Origin: an uncultured Acidobacteriaceae bacterium
GTDB lineage: Bacteria > Acidobacteriota > Terriglobia > Terriglobales > Acidobacteriaceae
DNA length: 64,000 nt
NCBI GenBank assembly: GCA_963710585.1
Contig: CAVQAM010000003.1
Coordinates: 32,371-96,370, forward strand
Direction of reading: 5' to 3'
Positions within the stretch are counted from its first letter, which is position 1. Every line of letters begins with the position of its first letter. Below are positions 56,651-64,000 of the stretch, piece after piece. A program made the position numbers and the translations under genes. The notes under the pieces are model-generated. The model did not search any database, was not told the DNA's origin, and was given only the letters and a program-made list of their open reading frames with translations.

Positions 56651-58048
56651 CTCCAAAAAACTCTCGATGCCGAATTCGCCGATGAGCTGGCGGGTTGGGA
56701 TGGACGACCGGTGGCAGCGGTCCGTCTGGATTCGGTGTACACGCGGGTGACGGACATTGCGGGAACGCCGGTGAACGACGGCTACCATTTCGGCCAGACG
56801 CTGATCAACGATTATGGCCGCCCGTACTGGCAGGGCGTCAACAACATCACCGGATTCAGCGCCAGCGCCAACGACGGCCGGTTTGCCTTCTACGTCAATG
56901 GCGAGTACCAGTACGCGCCCACCATCCCGGGATATCCGCTGTCGGTGCGGCAAGTGATCGCGAATGCCGATCTGAATCCTCTGCAACCGCCGACCCCAAT
57001 CTCCGCGAACCAATTTCGCTTGTTGGACACCTATGCCTTAGCAAGATTTGCAGGCTTGGATTTTTCGGTGGGCAAACAAAGCATGTGGTGGGGGCCGGAC
57101 GAAGGCGGCGCCTTTTTGATGAGCGACAATGCCGCCCCGTTCTGGATGCTGCAAATCAACCGCACCGAACCGGCCAATGTTCCGGGGCTGTCAAAGTTCC
57201 TGGGGCCGTTCGAGGTGTCGAACTACTTCGGAGCGCTGGCGGGCCATCAGTTTCCCGCAGGGCCGTACATGTTCGCCCAGAAGGCCAGCTTTAAGCCGAC
57301 CGAGAACCTCGAGATCGGATTCACTCGCAACGCCGTATTTGGTGGTGAGGGACATGTACCGGTGACCTTCGGTTCCTTTTGGAATAGCTTCACCAGCATC
57401 AACGACGTCCTTCCGGTGTACAAGTTCTCGCGCAAGGACCCGGGCGCGCGCCACGCCAGCTTCGATTTCTCTTACCGGTTGCCCCTTCTGCGCCGTTGGT
57501 TGACGTTCTACAGCGATTCGCTGGTGCACGACGACGTCTCCCCGGTCAGCGCGCCTCAGCGCTCCGCATTCAATCCCGGAATCTATCTCACACATTTCCC
57601 CGGCTTCCCCAAACTCGACTTCCGCGCCGAAGGGGCTTATACCGATCCTCCCACCCCGAATAGCATTGGCGGCAGGTTCATGTATTGGGAGGTGATCTAC
57701 CACGACCTGTACCTCAACAATAAGTATCTGATGGGAAATTGGCTTGGCCGCGAAGGCAAGGGTTATCAGGCGTGGAGCACGTACCATCTCAGTCCCCAGA
57801 GCAGCATTCAAGTAGGCGTCCGCAACAGCAAGATCGCCAATGATTTCATCCCCGGCGGAAGCACCCAATGGGACTGGAACGTTTCCGCCATGCTCCGCCT
57901 TCGCAAAGATCTCGAGATGAAGTCTTTCCTGCAGTACGAGACGTGGTTGGTGCCGGTATTGGCGCCCACACGCCAAACCGATTTCACTACCTCGGTCCAA
58001 CTCACCTGGTGGCCCACCGGCGCGGGAATCCGCAAGGCGTTCCACTAG
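56588..58048 (+). CDS. Capsule-assembly Wzi-like outer-membrane protein, apparently 5'-truncated
   Basis: Motifs typical of the Wzi family (FSVGKQSMWWGPDEGGAFLMSDNAAPF...). No signal peptide at the first start codon. Confidence 0.55.
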   Translation: MLIEMQSNVAYRTDFPSEIHQLQKTLDAEFADELAGWDGRPVAAVRLDSVYTRVTDIAGTPVNDGYHFGQTLINDYGRPYWQGVNNITGFSASANDGRFAFYVNGEYQYAPTIPGYPLSVRQVIANADLNPLQPPTPISANQFRLLDTYALARFAGLDFSVGKQSMWWGPDEGGAFLMSDNAAPFWMLQINRTEPANVPGLSKFLGPFEVSNYFGALAGHQFPAGPYMFAQKASFKPTENLEIGFTRNAVFGGEGHVPVTFGSFWNSFTSINDVLPVYKFSRKDPGARHASFDFSYRLPLLRRWLTFYSDSLVHDDVSPVSAPQRSAFNPGIYLTHFPGFPKLDFRAEGAYTDPPTPNSIGGRFMYWEVIYHDLYLNNKYLMGNWLGREGKGYQAWSTYHLSPQSSIQVGVRNSKIANDFIPGGSTQWDWNVSAMLRLRKDLEMKSFLQYETWLVPVLAPTRQTDFTTSVQLTWWPTGAGIRKAFH

Positions 58049-58428
58049 CACAATGCCGCAGCCTCGGCGCAAAATGGCGCCCCGTAGGATCCCCTCTAGC
58101 CCCGTTTGCCCGTAATCCGCCCTCGCCCGCCTTGCCGTAGCTACTCCCAACCCTAGAGTTTCTTCATCCCGTCGCACCGGTTTCCTTGCTCCCCTACGCG
58201 AAGCAGGGACAGACCCGTTTACCATGAGGGCGGCGAAGTCAAAGCCGGACCCGTGGCTCAACGGTTAGAGCAAAAATCCCTACCGTCGAAGATCGGGGTT
58301 GCGCCATGAACCACGACCCGGCTTGCCGTTCTCACTCGTCGCTGCGCCACAGGTCACTGACAAACCGCAGCCCGCAGGAGTGAAATAGCGGTAGGCGAGA
58401 CGAGGGAGAAGATTCCCTCCCTGAGCAA

Positions 58429-58704
58429 ATGACCCTCCGGCTTGAATTCGGAGTAGTGCTGCTGTCCAATCTGCGGGCGGTTGTCGGCATCGTTGCCGTT
58501 CCCGTCTGCGCCTATGCGATCTGGCAAATTCTTCAAACCTGGAAGTTGCGGGACCGCCAAAGTCCAACCATCTGGTGGATCGTACTTGTGCTCGCTGGGG
58601 GAACCTGCTTTTGGTTACTTGGGCGATGGAGCCGGATTCCGGTTCTTGCCCTATTGCTCGTTGTAATGTTCCTGGCCGTTCGACAGCTAGCTAAACGCCG
58701 GTGA
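58429..58704 (+). CDS. Hypothetical small membrane protein
   Basis: 91 aa with 3 hydrophobic segments; weak call. Confidence 0.3.
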   Translation: MTLRLEFGVVLLSNLRAVVGIVAVPVCAYAIWQILQTWKLRDRQSPTIWWIVLVLAGGTCFWLLGRWSRIPVLALLLVVMFLAVRQLAKRR

Positions 58705-58829
58705 GTTCAGGGAAGATTGCTACCGGGATTGGCCGGGGCTTTGTGATTCACTCCCTCCGCCATACAATGCTGACTAGGCGCCTACAAATTTCACTACAGT
58801 GGGCAGGGCAGCATCCGTAACCCATTGCC

Positions 58830-58868
58830 GGGCCTGTAGCTCAATGGTAGAGCAGGGGACTCATAATC
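58830..58868 (+). pseudogene. tRNA-Met/Ile2 (CAT) 5' half only
   Basis: GGGCCTGTAGCTCAATGGTAGAGCAGGGGACTCATAATC gives acceptor strand, D-arm, anticodon stem 5' strand and loop CTCATAA. The next bases (TTAGA) cannot pair with GGGGA, and no T-arm or acceptor 3' strand follows. Confidence 0.6.
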
Positions 58869-60384
58869 TTAGACGGGGCATATTCGCTCAGATTCAATGA
58901 GCTTGTATGCCCTTAGTTTTTCAGCCTCTTACAGAATCCGCGTCTAAGCCCGTCTAAGCCTATTTATGCCGGGAGTCGCTACAGTATCCGCTACAGTCCC
59001 GCAAAGCATTCTTTTCCGGCCACCCCATGCCCCCCGTTGACCCCACCCCCGCCCGCGCGTCATAGGTCCGACACCGGCAATTTTTCGCTAAAAAGGCGTC
59101 CGGGCTGCTCTCATTCGCAAGACCAAGCCCGTTGACGGGTGGCACGGGCTTTGGGTGTAATCGGTTGTTGCGCTTAGGCGAACAGACGGCGCAAGCTTGC
59201 GCTATCGCCTGTTTGCAACAGTTATCCACCGACCGCGCCCGGAAGACCATTTTGTTGCCGAGGTAGGGCAACTTTGCTTGTTACTCGTGATATATCCAAT
59301 TGGGCAACCGCGCGGTCGTCCGAAGAACGAATCGATTGGCTTAGGACGGCCAATAACGGGTAATCCATAAGCAACACGCGAGCGGGCTGCGTGGCCGCTC
59401 GCGTGTTGGAGGTAACGCCTATGTTGCTGGATCACCCGGGGGGCAAGTACAGCGCGTTTCTGCGGCGTACCTCGCGGCCGAATTCTCAGCGCCTTGGCGT
59501 CGCCAGAAACGCGTGATACTCCCCCGCGCTTGTGATGGCCAAGCCTGCGATCTGCCCGCGAGCGTTGATGGAGCAAGCCGACAGAAGATGCAGATTTGAG
59601 TTGGGCGGAATCAAGCTGTTGAGGTCAGTCATCACGCCGTTCTCCCAGAGAAATGCGCGGCCATCAAAGCTTGCGTCCAGCGACAGTCCAACCACCATGC
59701 CCTCGTTATTGATGCCAGATGCGGTACTGTACGTATCCCCCGTAAGGGTGCCGAGGTCTTGCATCCCGGTGGCCTCGGTCCACAGGAAAGCGTGAAACGT
59801 TTGGTCCCCCGGAAGATCTGATACGCCAACTACCTGGCTGCGGTTATTAATGTCCCATGCTAGGTTTCCGCCCGCCTGTCCGGTGATCCCTCCCAGAGTG
59901 CCCAGGTCAATAACCTTGCCGTTTTGCCAAAGCAGCGGGTGAACGGGAACGAGATTGAACAAGGTATTGAAGTTAAAGGTGGTGCAAGTTCCCGACGCGC
60001 CAACAGCTTGCCCGCGGTCATTGACAGACAGCGCCACTCCGTCCGGATCGCCGTCGATCGTGGGCAGCTGTTCAACCTGACCGTGAGCCCAAATGACGGG
60101 CTTGAACTGAAACACCTGTGGAGCCGGACAGCCTGGATCGGGTGTAGTGTTCTCCGCGAAGCCGGCTACTTCTCCCACCGTGTTGATCTGATTGGCCACG
60201 CCGTTATGGCCTCCCAGCGTCGGCAGCGCAGACATCACGCCGCTTTGCCAGAGAAAGGGAAGACACTCGAGGTGAGTACCGAAACCGCAAAAGTCTTCGC
60301 CATTCGGGTCCGCAGTGGAAGCTTCAGCCTCTCCGACAGCCTGCAACTTTTGGTTGTCACCAAACGCGATATTGTTTGGCCCTC

Positions 60385-61250
60385 CTAGAACCAGTCTCAT
60401 AAATAGCTCAACGGCGTTTTGGTGGCATTCTGGAGATGCTCTGGGGATCTCCGAAAGCGCCAATGCGTGGCCGCTGGGAACTGACCGACGAACAATGGGA
60501 AGTCGTGGAACCGGTGCTACGGCCGCAGCGCCGGGCCGATAAGCGTGGCCGTCCGTGGCACGACACCCGCGCCGTGCTGCATGGCGTACTGTGGGTGTTA
60601 GGCACCGGAGCACAGTGGCGGGAGCTGCCGGAAAAGTATCCACCCTTCCAGACCTGCCATCGTAGATTCCAGCAATGGGTGCAGAACGGGAAGCTGGAAG
60701 AGTGCCTGCGGCGGCTGGCCAGGCACTTGCATGAGCGCGGCCAGTTGAACTTAGAAGAGGCGTTCGTGGATGCGACGTTCGCGAGCGCTAAAAAGGGGGC
60801 TTCGGCATCGGCCCCACCCGCCGCGGCAAGGGCACAAAGATCGTCGCTATCGCCGCACGTAACAGTCTTCCTCTCGCCGTATCTGTGCAAAGCGCTTCGC
60901 CAGCCGAGTGCCAGCTTGTGGAAGAGGTTCTTGCCGGAAGTTTCCTCGACGAACTGCCCGCCCGGCTCATCGGCGACAAAGCCTACGACTCCGATGGGCT
61001 CGACAAAAAGCTCGCCCAGGAATATGCCATCGAACTGATCGCACCCAACCGACAGCGCCGAAGCAAGAGCCAGGATGGACGGAAACTGCGCCGTTACCGC
61101 CGTCGCTGGAAAGTGGAACGACTGTTTGCCTGGATGCATAACTTCCGACGCCTCGTTACCCGTTGGGAGTACCACATCGAGAACTTCCTCGGCTTCGTCC
61201 ACCTTGCCTGCCTCCACCTGATGCTCAGGCATTTATGAGACTGTTTCTAG
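60385..61250 (+). mobile_element. IS5-family element, copy B
   Basis: Same 866-bp element as 10988-11853 in inverted orientation, bounded by CTAG on both sides. Confidence 0.9.
60436..61238 (+). CDS. IS5-family DDE transposase (programmed -1 frameshift at about 60789-60799)
   Basis: Translations are identical to copy A; orfA frame 1 and orfB frame 0 overlap at GCTAAAAAGGGGGC. Confidence 0.85.
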
Positions 61251-61586
61251 TCCTGGTTTGCCAATGTCCAGCTTCAGTCCCTTTAACCAGAGGACGGAGT
61301 GCGAGGTGTTATCAGGAAGTGTCGCCGCGCCGCTTACCATGCCGTATCCGTTGACAAAGAACGGCTGGCTGAACGTGCTTCCCAGCGTACCAAGGTCGGT
61401 AACAACATAGCGCGGTGGCTGCGCCATCGCAAGCGTCGCCAGCAGTATGCTCGCCGCAATTAAACTCAGAGTCGATTTCATATGTCCCTCCATATCCAGA
61501 TAGGCGCAGAATGGTCGAGAAAACTATCATGCGGCGGGCTGGAATTTGAAGGGGCTTGGCCCGGCGGTACAATTCAGCAAATAGTC

Positions 61587-62204
61587 ATGCAGGAGACCGC
61601 ACAAAGTGAGCCGGCCAGAGATGACGTAAGCCAGTTGCTTCGCGCCTGGAGCGACGGAGACCAACTCGCGCTCGAACGGCTCACCCCTATCGTTTATGAG
61701 GAGCTCCACCGCCTGGCCCGCCACTATATGAAGGGCGAGCGTCCCGGACACCTGCTGCAAACCACGGCGCTGGTCAATGAAGCCTACATGCGGCTGGTGG
61801 ATTACAAGCGTATGCAGTGGCAGAATCGCGCGCACTTCTTCGCGGTCTCGGCGCAGCTAATGAGGCGCATCCTGGTCGAGCATGCCCGCAGTCACAACCT
61901 GAAACGCGGCGGCGGGGTGCAGCACATCTCGCTGGATGAGACAGTCGTAGTGGGCGGCAACCGGGACGCCGACCTGGTGGCGCTGGATGACGCGATGAAT
62001 GCGCTGGCGCGCCTCGATGCCCGCAAAGTGCAGGTCGTCGAAATGCGTTTCTTTGGCGGACTCAGCGTGGAAGAGACGGCCGCAGTGCTTAAAGTGTCGC
62101 CTGTCACCGTGATGCGCGACTGGAGTACCGCCAAGGCGTGGCTCTATCGCGAACTGAGAGGCGAGACGGACGATGGACTCCGAGCGGTGGAAACAAGTCG
62201 ATAG
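61587..62204 (+). CDS. ECF-type sigma-70 factor (Sigma70_ECF / Ser-Thr-kinase-associated type)
   Basis: [57 protein letters not shown] signature and region 4 HTH ([21 protein letters not shown]). ATG 61587. Confidence 0.85.
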   Translation: MQETAQSEPARDDVSQLLRAWSDGDQLALERLTPIVYEELHRLARHYMKGERPGHLLQTTALVNEAYMRLVDYKRMQWQNRAHFFAVSAQLMRRILVEHARSHNLKRGGGVQHISLDETVVVGGNRDADLVALDDAMNALARLDARKVQVVEMRFFGGLSVEETAAVLKVSPVTVMRDWSTAKAWLYRELRGETDDGLRAVETSR

Positions 62205-64000
62205 TCTGCTGCAGGCGGCACTGGAGCATCCGTCCGAGCAGCGCGATGCGTTTCTGCGGCACGCCTGCGCTGGCGACGCAGCGCTGGAGCGGGAGGTCCG
62301 CTCTCTTCTGGCCTCGCAGCAGGATGCAGGCAGTTTTCTGGAGACTCCGGCCATCGAAGTGGCCGCGCGTGAAATCGCTTCGCGGAACAAGAACACGCCA
62401 AAAACGGGTGGTCCGATTGTTGGCCAGACTATCTCCCACTACCGCATCCTCGAGAAGCTGGGCGGTGGCGGCATGGGGGTGGTTTACAAGGCTGAAGACA
62501 TCCGCCTGCACCGCTTCGTGGCGCTCAAGTTTTTGCCGGATGAAATCGCTCAGGACGCACAGGCGCTAAGCCGTTTTCAGCGCGAGGCACGGGCCGCTTC
62601 CGCCCTGAACCACCCGGCCATCTGCACCATTTACGACATCGGCGAGCAGGACGGCCGCTCCTTCATCGTCATGGAGTTTCTCGATGGAGCAACCCTGAAG
62701 CATCACATTCCCGGTCGCCCACTCGAAATCGAATCCTTGCTCTCGCTGGCCATTGAAATTGCGGACGCGCTGGACGCCGCCCACTCCGCGGGGATCATCC
62801 ATCGCGACATTAAGTCGGCGAACATCTTTGTCACCCGCCGCGAGCACGCAAAAATTCTTGATTTTGGATTAGCAAAGGTCGGCCCCATCCCTGGTGCCAG
62901 CTCCTCCGACGGAGCAACTGGACCCGCCCTCACGACGGAAGCCCAGCTATCCAGCCCAGGTATTGCGATGGGCACTGTGCGGTACATGTCGCCGGAGCAA
63001 GTCCGCGCGAAACCGCTGGACGCTCGCACAGATTTATTCTCGTTTGGCGTCGTGCTTTACGAGATGGCGACGGGCAAGCTGCCCTTTGGCGGCGAAAGCC
63101 TCGCCGACATTTTCGGCTCCATCCTCAATAGCTCCTGTGTGCCCGCCGCGAGCCTGAACCCCGCCGTGCCGGCAGGACTGGAACAAATCGTCAGCAAGTG
63201 CCTGAAAAAAGACCGCAACCTGCGCTACCAGCACGCTTCGGAGATTCGGACTGACCTTCAGCGTCTGAAGCGCGACACCGATTCGGGGCGGGCAACAACC
63301 GATGCGAAGGCCGCAACCAAGAATCACATCGCCAGCCGATGGAAGCTGATTGTTCCGGTTGTTGTGGTTTTGCTGGCGTTTCTCATCGCGAGCTACTTCT
63401 ACTTTCATCGGGCCCCAAAACTCACGGATAAAGACACGATTGTCCTGGCAGACTTCACCAACACGACGGGCGATCCCGTGTTCGACGGGACGATGAGGCA
63501 AGGAATGGCGGTGCAGCTTGAACAGTCGCCGTTCCTCAGCCTTGTCTCCGAAGACCGGATCCAGCAAATACTACGTCTAATGGGTAAGCCCTCGGATGCG
63601 CGCTTGAGTCCGGAGATTGCCCAGGAAGTCTGCGTGCGGACCGCTAGCGCCGCCGTCCTCGAAGGTTCGATTGCAAGCCTCGGCAGCCAGTACGTGTTGG
63701 GGCTGCGGGCCAAGGACTGCCGCAGCGGAGACATCCTTGCGGAAGAGCAGGTGCAAGCCGCGAGAAAGGAAGATGTCCTAAATTCCCTGAGTCAGATTGC
63801 CAGCAAATTCAGGACTCGCCTCGGCGAGTCGCTTACCACCGTCGAAAGGCATAATACTCGGCTCGAGTTGGCAACCACCTCGTCACTTGATGCGCTGAAA
63901 GCCTACAGCGCAGGGATACGGGCCTCCGTGTCGACGGGGTCTAGCGCTGCTTTGCCCCATTTCAAGCACGCCGTCGAGGTTGATCCGCAATTTGCGATGG
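62173..64000 (+). CDS. Ser/Thr protein kinase with N-terminal anti-sigma-like extension, 3'-partial (runs off window)
   Basis: Frame is open from ATG 62173 to the window end and is absent from the ORF track for lack of a stop. Motifs: [18 protein letters not shown]..., [54 protein letters not shown]. Overlaps the sigma gene by 32 nt. Confidence 0.85.
   Translation, partial: MDSERWKQVDSLLQAALEHPSEQRDAFLRHACAGDAALEREVRSLLASQQDAGSFLETPAIEVAAREIASRNKNTPKTGGPIVGQTISHYRILEKLGGGGMGVVYKAEDIRLHRFVALKFLPDEIAQDAQALSRFQREARAASALNHPAICTIYDIGEQDGRSFIVMEFLDGATLKHHIPGRPLEIESLLSLAIEIADALDAAHSAGIIHRDIKSANIFVTRREHAKILDFGLAKVGPIPGASSSDGATGPALTTEAQLSSPGIAMGTVRYMSPEQVRAKPLDARTDLFSFGVVLYEMATGKLPFGGESLADIFGSILNSSCVPAASLNPAVPAGLEQIVSKCLKKDRNLRYQHASEIRTDLQRLKRDTDSGRATTDAKAATKNHIASRWKLIVPVVVVLLAFLIASYFYFHRAPKLTDKDTIVLADFTNTTGDPVFDGTMRQGMAVQLEQSPFLSLVSEDRIQQILRLMGKPSDARLSPEIAQEVCVRTASAAVLEGSIASLGSQYVLGLRAKDCRSGDILAEEQVQAARKEDVLNSLSQIASKFRTRLGESLTTVERHNTRLELATTSSLDALKAYSAGIRASVSTGSSAALPHFKHAVEVDPQFAM

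Larger units (their letters stand above)
59486..61481 (-). pseudogene. HAF-family extracellular repeat protein disrupted by IS5 copy B
   Basis: Signal peptide plus first repeats at 61481-61251 (MKSTLSLIAASILLATLAMAQ...DIGKPGL) continue in frame at 60384-59486 (GGPNNIAF...HAFLW...HAFLATPRR*) once 60385-61250 is removed. Confidence 0.75.

Noticed and set aside
57191-58261. 356-aa minus-strand ORF
   Set aside because: It is antisense to the Wzi-like gene, with no motifs.
58236-58320. tRNA-like stretch (GTGGCTCAACGGTTAGAGCA D-arm look-alike)
   Set aside because: I could not build an anticodon arm, a T-arm or a matching acceptor 3' strand on either strand. It is probably chance or a very decayed fragment.
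58941-58960. Tandem CGTCTAAGCC x2 and nearby short repeats as a possible CRISPR or minisatellite
   Set aside because: There are only two 10-nt units with no spacers. They are better explained as the repetitive 3' end of a decayed integrase gene.

Overview
High-GC bacterial chromosomal window. Gene content (HAF-repeat exoprotein, ECF sigma / Ser-Thr kinase pair, many TPR/Sel1/TonB envelope proteins) suggests Acidobacteriota, but that is inference only. No similarity searches were possible, so all family names come from motif recognition. Coordinates read off the raw sequence may be off by 1-2 nt. Layout: (1) 1-10.8 kb: an IS256-family copy, a Kelch-like gene with one in-frame TAG, then a minus-strand housekeeping block (holA, lptE, Asd-like, pssA-psd, rimI-tsaB, mce-meaB). 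(2) 10.9-37.4 kb accessory region. An IS5-family copy sits exactly between the Shine-Dalgarno and the start codon of a SEC-C/DUF3800 gene. A TonB-receptor/YfiR deletion scar lies upstream of a hybrid histidine kinase + REC-GGDEF pair. A tRNA-Leu(CAA) integration hotspot holds one intact tRNA, two 3'-half copies and one 5'-half copy, which delimit one intact ~8-kb integrase island and several decayed ones. A complete group II intron is inserted in the terminal inverted repeat of a third IS5-like element. (3) 37.8-50.7 kb core block: trmFO, Sel1 protein, a TonB-C protein with a triplicated unknown cytoplasmic module, YfgM-like, fabD-plsX-rpmF-yceD. (4) 50.8-64 kb: second identical IS256 copy, Ser/Thr kinase, gdh, head-to-head truncated DUF2339/Wzi genes, an orphan tRNA-Met(CAT) 5' half, a HAF-repeat gene split by the second IS5 copy, and an ECF sigma / Ser-Thr kinase pair running off the window. 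No CRISPR array, rRNA or recognisable named defence system was seen. The most novel-looking items are the nested intron-in-IS, the unusual polarity of one tRNA-Leu island, the orphan SEC-C/DUF3800 gene and the TonB-linked repeat module.
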